Positions 26,381 to 39,276 of a stretch of DNA of 64,000 nucleotides are shown here, one piece after another; position 1 is the first letter of the stretch; every line of letters begins with the position of its first letter. The notes below the pieces were generated by a model. The model did not search any database. It was not told the DNA's origin and saw only the letters and a list, made by a program, of their open reading frames with translations. The translations under genes were made by a program, and so were the position numbers. Source of the stretch: Malacoraja senta (Eukaryota); assembly GCA_038087875.1 (NCBI GenBank), contig CM075982.1, positions 17,546,001-17,610,000 of the forward strand, written 5' to 3'.

Positions 26381-27797
26381 CTCCGATATTTTTCCAATGT
26401 TCCCTACCACTATTGTTAGAAAACACAATAAATAATTTTTGTCCTTAAAACTTAACAGCAGGAATAGCATACAATATCATACTCATCATACTATTGCTAA
26501 TAAACTAAATCTTTAATCAAAAACTCTCAAGTTATTCAACCAATTTAACATTAACATGACCTGTGACCAAATAAACCAAGGTATCATCTGTTGGAACTAT
26601 TGGATGGTTTTCTTGTTCGATAGCTTCTCTGGACCAATTCAACTGACAACAGCAGTAGAAGTGGTAAAGCAGGTTACATTCTCCCATGGTTTGTAGGCAG
26701 GATAGGGGCATATTCCTAATCTGTGACCAATAATCTATTTAGAAAGAACATGTCAGTCAATCTCTGGATTGGGTTTAAGTCTGGTGCCTGCCTTGGTAGG
26801 ATGATTAGCTGAGAGTCGCTTGCTAGTGTGTCACATAGGATATAGACAGCTTTGCCAAAAAGTGGATTGATGGGTCATGACACTCCTGCAACCATGCATA
26901 TCTCTCAGAGAAAATGGGAAATATTCTGGTTTCAAAACAAATATAATTCAATAACAGAGAGAAACTCCGTGATGCACATACATATAGCGCAGAGATGTTA
27001 AAATTAATGCAAATGGAAGTAGTGATACAAACTTTCAGTAATTGGAATGTTGAAATGATTGACAACACAGGAGCATTTAAAATGCACCCATCTGGGTGAC
27101 AAGCTGCTCTTGCTACTCAAATGAAAGAGGTTCACAATGTGATCCATTTACGACTGCAGCAGGAATGGGGATTCACAGAATCAGAAGCTAATTATGTAAA
27201 ATTGTGAACGTACGCAAAACCAGGGTGCATAATTAGAAGACGGTCTTCAATAAATCCAATCAGGAATTAAGGTCAAAGCAGAAGTATTTATAACATGAAA
27301 TTTAACGCAATATTAGAAAAGACTGAATAATTAAGGCACAGCATCGAAGCATTGATGTCCATGGGCCAAAACAGAATATATGTTGACAGAATTAGGTGAG
27401 CGGAAGCTTATGTAGAACACAAATCTTAGCTCAGTCAAGTTGGGCCAGTCAGCTTATTTCTGTGCTCCACTTACAATGCAAGTCGGAGAATTGAAGCAAG
27501 GTGATTTTACTGGCTCAATAAGGTCCTTTGTGGATGTATTCCAGTGCAGCTGGGTTCAGTGAAAGTTCTAATCACACTGTCATTCTTTGTTGGGGGTTTA
27601 CAGAACTGGAACTTAAAAGAGGATTCCGTTCTGATAATTAAAATGTGGCAATTCTTAATGTAAAAAAAACAACTTGAATAAAGCAACACAATATATTTAT
27701 AAGGCACTCATAACATCCCCAAACATTAAAATACATTTCACAGGAGAATTATCAAACAAAATTTGAAACAAATCCACGTCAGAAGACCCATCCATTT

Positions 27798-28355
27798 TGT
27801 TTGGGACAAAGACCCATCATTTATTTATTTGCCTCTGTACTCCACAATTTGAGGTTTGTAATAGAAAAAAATCACGTGGTTAAAAGTACACATTGTCAGA
27901 TCTTAATAAAGGCCATTTTTGTACATTTTGTTTTCACCATGTAAAAATTACAGCAGTGTTTATACATAGTCCTGTACAAACACCTGTGAAGCCATGTGTC
28001 CCGATCTGAACCCAATTGAGCATGCCTTTTATATGCTGAAGAGAAAAGTGAAGGGGACTAGCCCCCAAAACAAGCATTAGCTAAAGATGGCTGCAATACA
28101 GGCCTGGCAGAGCATCACCAGAGAAGACTCCCAAGCAACTGGTGATGTCCATGAATAGCAGACTTCAAGTAGTCATTGCATGCAAAGGATATGCAACACT
28201 GTCATTTCATTTACATGATCTTGCTCTGTCCCAAACTTTATGGTGCCCTGAAATGAGGGGGACTATGTATAAACACTGGTGTAATTTCTACATGGTGAAA
28301 CCAAAAGGTCTAAAAATGGCATTTATTAAAATCTGACAATGTGCACTTTAACCAC
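27798..28355 (+). mobile_element. Internally deleted derivative of the Tc1 family at 18518
   Basis: Left TIR joined to the transposase 3' end (gatctgaacccaattgag) and a partial right TIR. Confidence 0.88.
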
Positions 28356-28482
28356 AACTCCATACCCCTCCACGCTTCTCCATGCGACCGTCCCGCGCCG
28401 CCCACACGCTACCCGTGCGTCACAACGCGACGACGAGGTTGTGTAAATGGCGCGCGAATGACGGCCAAGTGGGACAGGCCCT
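28356..28482. mobile_element. Harbinger-like MITE, one end only
   Basis: Ends in GTGGGACAGGCCCT followed by TTA; CpG-rich interior. Confidence 0.7.
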
Positions 28483-28485
28483 TTA

Positions 28486-28752
28486 CAGTGCCAGTGACCC
28501 GGTTTTGACCCTGGCTACGGGTGTTGTCTGTACAGAGTTTATACGTTCTCCCTGTGACCATGTGGGATTTCACTGGGTCCACCGGTTTCCTCCCACACTC
28601 CAGACATATAGGGTTGTAGGCTAATTGGCTTCGGTAAATTTGTAAATTGTCCCGAGTGTGTAGGATAATGCTGGTATACGGGGTGATCGCTGGTTGGTGC
28701 GGACTCGGTGGGCTGCAGGACCTGCTTTCGCGCTGTCTCTAAAGTAAAGTCT
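28486..28752 (+). mobile_element. V-SINE (HE1-like), 5'-truncated
   Basis: V-core and tail as in 4005-4305. Confidence 0.8.
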
Positions 28753-30391
28753 AAAGAAGAGTAGTCTCTCCAGCACATCATACATTTTTTCATTATTCCC
28801 CAAATTTGATCCCTTTGGTAATTAGTAATAATTTAGGTTTGGATTAGTATTGGTGGCCCAAGTCCACTCGCAACTGGGCCACGTCCAGCAAAAAAACCCG
28901 CCAATGAACTGAAATCTGCAGCAGGTCGGGAGTTATAGAAAAACTTTACTGGGGGAGCAAATGGATCCCTCTGCAAGTAGCTCCACAAACATGTTTCTAT
29001 GGATCTGGTTTCCAGGTTTGCCAAAGAAACACTGTTGAGACTGTGCTGAAAAAAAACTGTGGCCACTCAGAGAAGAATACTCCCTTCAACCAACTACACA
29101 GCCTAATTTTAAGTCTTTTTAAAAAGTTTGGCTGCCTGATGCAAAGAAAGATGCAACATTTGAAAATATGAAACAGTGATTTCAACGTCATTTGATGCCT
29201 CAGACGGCCTGCACAGAGCTGAATCCCGCATTCACATTAACCAGTGAAAGTACAAACACAACAGGATTATGTTTTACTCTGTTGGGATCATCTTTTAATG
29301 TAGAATTAGCTGTGGTTAAAAATAATGTCGCATCACCATGTCTCCAAGTTAAATAAATAAGCTGAAATCAAAGCAGCTTTCTAATATTACACCACTGTTA
29401 TTAGCTTGGCAATCACGTTCAATGCTAACGGTAATAAATATTCCAATGTTTTGATTTAGAATCTTGTTATTGTTAACTGCATATATTTTTTAATCATAAA
29501 AAGACAGATGGCACATTTTATAAAATTACATTCACTAAGATGAAACCTGATTTGAATATGAACTACATAAAAATTGCTATGGCATCATAATAACCATTGC
29601 TAGATATTGCTTCTTTATTCCACATGATATAAATTTCCAATGCCTGTGCCATTCTACATTTTGACCTTAAAGTTAAAATGAAAGATAATTTAATTTTTAA
29701 ACATTTGTGACGTTTGGATCATGCAGATAATTTGGTACAACCTTCCCAAATAGACAATCCACCTTCATTTAAACAGTCACACATATAATAGGAGCATGTG
29801 TATAACAGTTGTGCATGAGATGATGAGGTGTTGGCAGCTATAGAGAAGCTGGAGACTGACAAAATGTGAGGAATATTTCATATGACAGCTTTGCAAATAT
29901 TGCCAATTGAAAGATCATTCAAGTCTAGCAGGGTGAAACCATGACCAGGCAACATGACTTTTAAGGGGTCTCTTCTTTATAAACAAGACTTACAAAGTTG
30001 CTTTAAATCTCACTTAAAGGAATCTGTAGCATTTTGGTTTAAATAAAATAATGGATATGAAGTGACGGGTAAACCACTGGGAAAACCAATGATAAATATC
30101 AATTATCATCTAGTTTCAACCAAATTAGATATGAACTGATCTACAGGGTCTTGCAGTTAACTAACTGAAGTGTTAAACCAAAGGCTCACGCAGTTTTAGT
30201 CCATACAAGTAATGTATTCTACATAATCATGGGATATTGAACAATCGGTGCATTGAATAGCAAAGTGGTTGCTAAAACTCTAACTGGAAAGCAATTGAGG
30301 TAGGGTGCATGCAAGAAGACACTCAAGTAATGTGCTAATAATCCAAATATAGTTAGACCACCAAGAGTAATTTTTTTTTTTTTTTAATCCC

Positions 30392-30450
30392 AAAAACTAC
30401 CACCTCAGGAAACATCATACAAAAACTACCACCTCAGGGAACATCATACA
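30392..30450 (+). repeat. Two-copy ~29-bp tandem duplication (aaaaactaccacctcaggRaacatcatac)
   Basis: Seen directly in the sequence. Confidence 0.85.
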
Positions 30451-31480
30451 ATCTCTTAAAAAATCTATTTCTCTGCATAACATTATATTTTTCGATAACT
30501 GCACATAATTTTTCTTTCAAAATTTTAGCAATCCTTCTTTCACAGGATTCCTGTCATCAGTCCTGGTAATGGTTAGGAATTTGGAGGTGCCATACATTAC
30601 CTGATGAGGTTCAACACTGAACCTGCCATTGGTTCTTTCAGCTCCACTCTGTCTTGTAGTTGTAGCCCAAATCAAAGAATGGGAACCATAAATATTCAAA
30701 AAACAATTATATATTGTTTCCAAGTTTAATGTATTCTTAGAAAAACCTAATGAAATTACATCTCCAATTCTAAGAGAATCTTGGAATTGAAAAATAACAC
30801 TTGTTTATGCCTGCTCAGACTTGAAGAAAAATAAAAGTTTCCCATGGGTATTTTGCGATGGAATAAATGCACAGACACAAATGGCTGCATTTTGTATGGA
30901 AATTGAATGCCTAGCTCTGATGAAGCCACTGGGGATGCAGAGTATCTGATATTGAAGAAACTACGGCAACTTAAAGACAATCCATGACGGGCCAACTTCC
31001 TTCACCGTCAAGACATTCGCTATGGAATAGTGAGCATCTTCCAGGAGTCTACACAGATAATGTTCTCCCAGTGGTTGGGTATATATAGTTCCACGGCAAC
31101 CCCATCACTTTCTGAAATCATACACAGGTGGCCATCTGTCATGTACTGATCTAGAATATCTCAATGGCTCTTCCGTCCTGCGGGCCGTCACTGTCAAACT
31201 GAGTTTCTACTTCGCCCACGATCACGCAGGCATATCTACCGACGTGGAGCAACAGTGGAATGATTTTGTGTGTGAATTGCTGCAGATTTTCCTCTCTCCA
31301 TCCTAGATGAGTTAGATATTAAGTTGCTCTTACCACCAAAGTCCTATGGGTTATATAAACTTGCCCAAAAGATAAAAACACCTTATAGAGTATAGAGGTA
31401 GAGGTCAGTATAGAGGTAGGATTAAAAAAAAGACTCTTACCTCATAATAATTAAAAAAACAGGCCGCAGTTCACACTTAC

Positions 31481-31635
31481 CGTGTAGTTGGGGTTTCCAG
31501 GTTGAATGCGCAGCTCTGCCAACATCCAAATCCCATTGGTCAACTTCAAAGATTGATACAACATATCCTGTCCCTCCACATTCCGTTTAGCAATGGTAAA
31601 CACATTGCTATTCTGCAGTTTATTGGACACCATAT
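31481..31635 (-). CDS. AP2B1: AP-2 complex subunit beta, penultimate coding exon (155 nt; (D)MVSNKLQNSNVFTIAKRNVEGQDMLYQSLKLTNGIWMLAELRIQPGNPNYT)
   Basis: Acceptor TTTTCTTTTCAG and donor GTAAGT. The PGNPNYT ending is AP2B1-type rather than AP1B1-type. Phase is compatible with both flanking exons. Confidence 0.95.
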
Positions 31636-33137
31636 CTGAAAAGAAAAATAGCAGAAAATGTGAACACAGAAATAATACCACCTGTTTTTTTTTTAAACCG
31701 AGAAATGTCTTGATTGCTCGTTGTTGTTTGGTTATTGACAAGTAACTGCAGTTCTTCCTTGCTTCATTTTTTTTAACAACTGAGTTGGATTGTGTTCTCC
31801 ATTTGTTCAGTATGATTTATTAGCCATGAGGTGCAGTGATTTTTTTTGTATTCCTAACATCTAAATTGTGCTTGACAAACATATTAGATCCTGCAGTTTC
31901 CATCATGTTGATTGGCATTCTGAAAGCTGGAACAGTAACTGTTGTTCAGATTTTATTTATTTATTGGTCTGCTTCTGCACACAGCAACAGCATTATCAGG
32001 CAGCGATTCATCTGCCTGATATGTAGAGGAATTTTTCTCGATATCAGTAGAAAGCAAGTAATGGACTGTAAATTAAGCTTTAGGCAATGATTATCTTCAA
32101 GAAATTAAAAATGTACTAAACCGTATTTACAACATGAGAGATAAAGAATCACATCAGTGAGCCCATAGACCACCAAGGTATTTCCAAAACCACAAAATCT
32201 TATCTTTACTGATGGCATGCGTATAGTACTACTTGGATTAGCAGTATGCTTGTGGCAACTCTTTAGGGACATTCAGTACAAGATGTAGCAGAAGACTGGA
32301 TTGATTATTTTCTTCTCTTTCTGGATAAACACCCTGAGCTTACTTCGTGTACAGAGCCATGCTGATTATCCCTAATCAGACCATGCCTAAATGCTGATAG
32401 ATACTGTCCCTAAATATCCCCTTGAATTACTTTCCCAGCACTGACATTAAACTCGCTGACCTGTAGTTCCCTGGTTTATTCTTGCTGTCCAGTACATGAG
32501 TGATCCTCCCATCTTCCAGAACTACATCACTCACCCTGGAAGTGTGGTTCAAATATAGTATGAAGGTGTCCACATCCATTTGTCTGTCAAACATAATTGA
32601 CAAATGACAGCAAATGTTCTCCATTTGAGTTTGTCAGTTAGTCAGTCATATTTAATAAGAATATCGCACATTGTGAAAATTAGAGGTTCTATATTGTCAT
32701 TGTAAATCCAAGTGTGTTTAAATTCAATTTTGGCACCTTCCTGCTGTTTTTTCCATTGTTTCTTACAATTCTTAACAACAACTGACCATGAGTGAGCATG
32801 CTGCAGATTTGGTAATCTACACAATTATGGTCCAAACTACTTCTGCTTGACTCTCCTGATGTAGTTATAAGCACTTTGGTTCACACGATGAGCTGCATGT
32901 GAACCAAAACACTCACAGTCCTGCTGCTAATTCAGTCATTATTAGGTCTGTGTGTAAAATGCATACATCAAATATTATATAATCCAACTACATTTTGATA
33001 AAAATAGAATTTCTCTTTTTAAGAGATGTCATTTTTGAATTGTATTAAGCACAAAATAGATTGCAAGCCTTCTATTAGGTGAAGAAACATCACACATTAG
33101 GACACTTTGCCTGACTAGCGATAGAAATCTTGTGGAA

Positions 33138-33330
33138 ACAAAGATCTGCAGATGCTGGTAAATACACAAAAGGACACAAAGTGCTGGTGTAACTCAGCAG
33201 GTCAGACAGCATCTTTGGAGAATATGGATAGGTGCCATAGAAAGGTCTCAACCCGAAATGTCACCCATCCATGTTTTCCAAGGATGCTGCCCGACCTGCT
33301 GAGTTACTCCAACACTTTGCGTCCTTTTTA
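33138..33330. mobile_element. Self-inverted Penelope-terminus mini-element, older copy
   Basis: ggacacaaagtgctgg..gcagcatc / gatgctgc..ccaacactttgcgtcc arms; no clear TSD. Confidence 0.75.
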
Positions 33331-35291
33331 GATGGACATCTTTTACTGCACCTACCTTGTGATCTCAGCTTGTTATCCTTCCTTGCCCTCTCAAATGTAT
33401 CTGCAAATTTTACCATGGTTGATTATACCACCCTTGGCCTCCACCACATATTTGCAGAAGGGCTATTATTTGACACCACCCTTCACTATTAAAACTTGCA
33501 TTAATTTCATCACCCAAGAATCTCCTCTTGGCCTCCTCAGCAACATACGCCTCCCAGTTATACTAGTCATAGTCACAGCGGTCAATCCTCGCGACCCCAC
33601 GAGTTCCTCCACATGGTCATATTGCTTATCCAACATCATTTTGTAGAAGAACCAGAATGCCACAAGTGAACAATAGAAGGCCCAAAGTCTTAAGCCATAA
33701 TTTGTACTACTGCATTAAAAGCTCAGCTCTCTTGGTATGGACATCATTCCCGTTCCTGGTTCTCAACTTGGGAATCGAAGCTTTCTGTTTGACCCAGAGT
33801 CAAGCTACAAAACATTTTTTTCCACAACATTAAAACTATATACATCCTATTTCACACCATGGATTATGCCCTGATCCCATTCTCATCAATGCCCAAACTT
33901 TTTTCCACGCATTCATTGCCACCGAACTGTTTCTTTAATTCTGTTCTTGCCAACCTTTTACTACCTATGTCCATGCATTCCGTCTTGGATCTCATCTGAC
34001 TGCTCATTACCCCTGGTGGAAGAACCTTTAAACGATTGAGCCCAATCCTTTGGAACTTTCCTTAAAGCCACCAACAGCTGTCTCACTGCTTTAACTAAAC
34101 TGTATCTAGCAGTCCCCAGTAAGACCATGGCTGTTGGTTTGTTTTCCTTTCCAGTGCTTTGGAACGTTTCTTTTGACAACAAAGACATTTAATGATAATA
34201 AGTTGTTTCTGTTATTATGTATGGTCTCCTCTGAGCTCAAAATTATCTGTCACATGGATTAACTACATTAATATTCTTTGGCTGTCTCAGGCCAAAACTA
34301 AACTGTGCTTTTGATGTAACATGACAGCTTTTGAGGATCCTGAATACAAATGAACCAGCAAAATGAACCAGCATCCTGGTTGAACTTATTGAACTTCCCA
34401 CTGTTTAGACACACTGTTAGCCAAGTGAACCAATAACCCCTTTCTGCAGGTCCCGAGGGCTGTATCTGAAACAGGTTTCAGTAATTTATATTTAATTCTT
34501 AACAGCCTATGCCACAGCATGAACACTATCAAATCAAGTCTGACAAATGGATGAAAAGACTTGGCAATCTCCCTCAGAGAAGGCACAGGAAGAATGGCGT
34601 AAAATGAATAAATTCACACAGGTAAATATCCTGTTGAAGCATGTTCCAAAGGATTCTCCTCATATTCTCAAAATAAATGTATCCCTCCTGGTCCATCAGC
34701 TATTGGAAACAGCTTCCCTCTGTTTCCACTTTCCAAACTATTCATACCCTTGTGCATCTTCATTCAATCTCCCACCAACCTCCTGGCACCACTGACCATC
34801 AGCAGAGGAAAGAGGCAAGAGTTCCCTGCTGTGAACTGCGATCGGCAACAAATCATTGATTCACCCCAGAGGTTAGTCGAGTCCCACAAACATAACCAGA
34901 CTGGCTGGATGCTCATTTTTCCTTGCATCTGTGTTACTGTGGCAACAGTAAAATGTTGAACAGTAACCACATTTGGCGTCCTGAGCATTGCAAAACAAGT
35001 AATCAGACAAGTAATTTTTCATCCACTCTCTGGCTTGACATAAACCTGCAACAAAAACAAAATCCTGCCATGTCTACTAAAATCAGGTTACATTAATCCA
35101 CAAGTTATTGCTTTCTTAGAGTTTATTGTCATTAGCAAAGAGAAAAATATTCTAGGGAACATGCTTTGGAACAGGTTAAAATTTTAAGAAGAAATAACAT
35201 TATTAATATTTAATCTTTGTTTGAACAAAACATCAGCCACAAATTGTGGCTCAATCATTTTAAGGTTCTTAACCGTACCCATATAGTCAGA

Positions 35292-35550
35292 TCGGCACAG
35301 CGGTAGAGTTACTGAACAACTCCACAGACTCCCTGTACAGAGTTTGCATATTCTCCCTGCGACCGCTTGGCTTTTCTTCGGGCGCTCCAGTTTTCTCCCA
35401 CATTCTAAATACGTGCAGGTTTGTAGGTTAATAGGTTAATAAGCTTCTGTTAAATTGTCCCTAGTGTGTAGGATAGACCTAGTGTACGGGTGATCGGCGC
35501 AGATTCGGTGGGCCGAAGGGCCCGTTTCCACGCCGAAATTCTAAAACTGA
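35292..35550 (+). mobile_element. V-SINE (HE1-like)
   Basis: Family motifs as above. Confidence 0.8.
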
Positions 35551-35727
35551 AAAACGACATTACTGTCAAACTTGTCTGGCATTGGGAGATGGGGAACGAA
35601 TGCATGAGTGAGTAAAAGCTGGAAGCAAGGGTGTAAGGTCAAAAGGCAGGATTTGGCAAAGTCACCACAAGAGAGGCAAGAAAGGAGAGGTGCATGGACT
35701 ATAGCTGTTGCCAATGTGCCTCTAATA

Positions 35728-35863
35728 TCTGCTTGTAAATCCGCTAACGGGCTTTCAAAACAAACCCTCCCGCACTCCGAGGCCGGGAGGAGGGAGGGAG
35801 GGGGAGGCCTCGGCGTGCGGGAGGGTTTGTTTTGAAAGCGCCGTTACCGGATTTACAAGCAGA
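35728..35863. repeat. ~57-bp-arm inverted repeat with purine-only spacer
   Basis: 35728-35784 pairs with 35806-35863 with 2 mismatches and 1 indel. Confidence 0.9.
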
Positions 35864-36109
35864 GGCCCTTATCAGGTCGGGCAGGGGCGGGAGGAGGAGG
35901 AGATGGTGCCGCTGTTCGCGGCCGCTGCTGCCGCTGTTCGGGGCCCGTCATTCGCTCTGACTCGTTTGATGCAGCTGCACCAAAGATCTTGTAGCTATAC
36001 GATCTCTGAGCTGCACCCCCCGGCCCCACACCTTGCTGTTGGCTGGCGGTGGCGAGGAGTTCCCAACGGCCAAGGCAGCGGGGCGATGTTGTCCGAGGAG
36101 CACTGACCT

Positions 36110-36137
36110 TCCTTCCTCCCCACCTCGCCCCCCCTCT

Positions 36138-36169
<32 letters not shown>

Positions 36170-36970
36170 TGTACGCTCCCCTCAACCCCCTTATCCTGGG
36201 ATCCCTCCGCTCCCCATTCTGATCCCCATTCCCGTCTATTCAGTCCTCACTGACATCCCCTGTGCTCCCCTCCACATCTACCCCCCCCCATCTATTCATC
36301 CTGCGCTGATCACCCTATCCACCTCGCATTGATTCTCCTGCCACCCCTCCCCCCCCCCATCCTACACTGGTTCCCCAATTCACCCTGTACTTACCCCTTT
36401 CCCATCCATCCTGCACTTCTCCTCCATCCACCCTGTACTGATCCCCCATCCATCCTGTACTAATCCACACATTCATCCCGTAATGACCACCCTCCATTTA
36501 CCCTGCACCTTCCCCCCTTCCCCTCATTCATCCTGTAGTGATCCCCCATTCAAGCTGCACAGACCCTCCGATCCACACTGTACTGACCCCCCCATTCATC
36601 CTGTGCTGATCTCCCCCCCATCCATCCTGTACCTACCATTCAAGAAGAATGGGGGGGAACAGTCTGAAGAAGGGTCTCGACCCGAAACGTTGCCTATTCC
36701 CTTCGCTCCATGGATGCTGCCTCACCCGCTGAGTTTCTCCAGCACTTTTGTCTACCCCCATCCATCCCGTACTGACCCCCCCCCCATTCAACATCACTGA
36801 CATCCCTGGTGCTCTCCCCTCACAATTTTACCTACTCCAACCAACACGTACTAATTCACCTGCCTCAATCCATCCATTCTGCACCAACTGCCTTCTGACC
36901 CCTCCCCCCCCACCATCTATCCACCCCGCACTGATTCACACACACACCCCCCTCCCTGACCCTATTGTGC
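36110..36970 (+). repeat. (CT)n tract followed by C-rich degenerate minisatellite (catcctgtactgatccccc-like units)
   Basis: Recurrent unit visible by eye. Confidence 0.75.
36661..36757 (+). ncRNA. Penelope-terminus module with minimal hammerhead-ribozyme-like core
   Basis: CTGAAGA (36664-36670), extra A, GGGT-CTCG-ACCC stem-loop, GAAAC-GTT. Stem I is very short and activity is unproven. Confidence 0.5.
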
Positions 36971-37417
36971 TGGAAATGTCTTCAGAGCGAACATTGACTA
37001 TGTTTGATAACGAAATGCAATCAAATGTGTTTTAATTCCCAATGTTATTATTTGTTTTAATCCATAAAGATGGATTAATTAAATTGTGAACACGTGAAAC
37101 ATTAAAACCGCAGTGTTCGATTGTCACTGCTGCCGTTGACACGTTATTACAGAATTCATTTTAACGGCAAATCAATGCTTTTAATATGGAGTATCAGTAC
37201 TGTAGTTATTTAATGAGCAACATTCACAACTATATGTACGCGTATATGTTACCATGGTCCAGGATTTATTGACACAGGTTGATCATACGCTGAATAATCC
37301 AACCACATTTTTGTTTGGAAGTGGAAAGAACCAATAGAAATTGCATTAATTGCAATGTGTAAAAAGAGTTGAGATACTGTCTTATAATTTTGCTGCATGT
37401 CATTGTGGGATATATCA

Positions 37418-38370
37418 TTGTATTGTATATCTTTATTGTCATTTCCTGAGTATTCGCATACCCAGAGGAAACAAAAAAACGTTCCTCAACCAGTGTCCAT
37501 TTCAGTGTGCAGTAAAAAATAAATAGAAGTAAAAATACATATATCATGAACAAATTAACACTCTACTCTCTACTAAACATCAACAGACGTTCCGATCGGC
37601 AGCGGCACGACAGTGGCTCTGCTGCAGTGTGTCCAGGTTGGTGGTTGGTGCACGATACTTTGGCAGGGGGCAAAGTCCGTTTATCAGTCTTATAACCTGC
37701 GGGAAGAAGCTGAGGAGCATCCTGCTGGTTTTGCACCTAATGCTCCTGTACCTCTTCCCAGATGGCAGGATGGAGAATATGTGATGCGACTTTGATGTAG
37801 GGGTCTTTGATGATGGAGATGGCTCTGCTGATACATCTCTTCCTGTATATGTCCAGCAGGAAAGGGAGTGGAGCACCAATAATCCTGCTGGCGGTCTTCA
37901 CAATCCTGTCTAGTTGGTGCCGTTCGTACGCCTTGCAGCTCCCGAACCAGGAAGTGATGCCGTAGGTTAATGTGCTCTCGATTGTCCCCCTATAAAAAGT
38001 TCGTAGGTGTGTAGTGGGGAGACCTGCTTTACGTAGTCTTCGGAGAGTGTGTAGTCGCTGCTGGGCTCTCTTGACCAGTGCTGTGGTGTTGGTCGTGGAC
38101 GTCAGGTCATCTGACAGGTGGAGTCCTAGGAACTTCACGCTGTTGACCCTTTCCACATCAGCTCCATCGATGTGCAGAGGTGTATGGTGTTGTTTTCCCG
38201 CCCTCCTGAAGTCAACCACCATCTCCTTAGTTTTTCCCACGTTGAGAATGAGATTGTGGGATTTGCACCATCCTGTGAGCAGCTCCACCTCCATCCTGTA
38301 CGCCGACTCATCATTGTCACTGATGAGACCCACCACTGTTGTGTCATCAGCGAACTTGTTGATGAAGTCT
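37418..38370 (-). mobile_element. Rex1/Babar-like LINE, 5'-truncated RT with 3' UTR
   Basis: KFADDTTVVGLI..WCKSHNLILNVGKTKEMVVDFRR..KFLG..QRLHTLRRLRK, followed by AATAAA and a (TACAA) tail. Confidence 0.92.
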
Positions 38371-38384
38371 TGATTGTTCATGTC

Positions 38385-38612
38385 TTGATTGGTGAATATG
38401 TTTAGTTTGTGACTTTATTTGAAGCAGAAATAATATGTGATTGGTTCATTGAGTATAATTCCGACTGGTAACTACGCACTTCGTCCGAGCACATTATCGC
38501 ACGCGTCATGCAAGCCATCTTAAATGACCACCTAAACTGTCATTTGGCAACCTAAAAAGATGCCAAGGTTGCCTGGCTGGCAACAGGGAAAAAAAGTTAA
38601 GTGAGAGCCCTG
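38385..38612. mobile_element. Possible end of a hAT-like non-autonomous DNA element
   Basis: Terminus reads CAGGGCTCTC on the minus strand, with subterminal ggcaacc/ggttgcc repeats. The other end was not found. Confidence 0.35.
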
Positions 38613-39276
38613 ATTGGCTAGTACTGCCCATGCCTAGGCAATTCCAAGCCTCAGCAAGTCAGATAAAGAAAAGATCCAGAAAGAAATTACAATCCTCACC
38701 AAGCTTCGAGCTTAGCTTTTCAAAGAGATTTCTCAGTTAACTTAAAAGTTGTGCTACACTATACAATTTGTGGGCCACCAGATTTAATACCACCTTTAAA
38801 AGTGTTAGTTATTTGATGAATGTTGTATCCTACTAAAGTATGGAGACTGCCGATCTATGAATCCATGATAAAATATCATCCTTATGGAAACAGTAAAAAA
38901 TTCCACGAATGTCAAATTATTATAGAGTCTTGCTGGAATTCCCAGCTGTCTAATTCTACAATTATTCTGCAGTCTGCACACGGTTCAATTGCTCTCGGCT
39001 TAGAGTCTTTTAACCTTATTTATTCCAGTGATTTTCCAATTGGGAGGAGAAGGCTGAATAATTCAATAAAATCAAAATTCAGATTATACAATGTATTCCT
39101 TTTTATAACGATGAAAGCAAAACACCAGTGAAAGTACTGGTAAAATTGAACTGCAGAGTCAAAGATAACACTGAGGGATACACAAGTGTTTCAAGTTTTT
39201 GGTAGTAGACAGGCACAACTGTGAATCACATTGTTCATAATAATTTTGTGACAAATGCGACTACCAAGAACAATGC

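Noticed and set aside
30601-30627. CTGATGA followed by a GGTTCA/TGAACC stem (hammerhead-like)
   Set aside because: The obligatory GAAA box after stem II is absent (TGCC follows instead).
31481-31635. Assignment to the paralog AP1B1
   Set aside because: NELQFQ, PGNPNYT and the QYVYQVY C-terminus fit AP2B1 better than AP1B1 as I recall them. Reciprocal BLAST would settle it.
35853-36332. Pro/Arg/Ala-rich ORFs
   Set aside because: Products of GC-rich low-complexity sequence, with no recognisable domain or convincing splice context.
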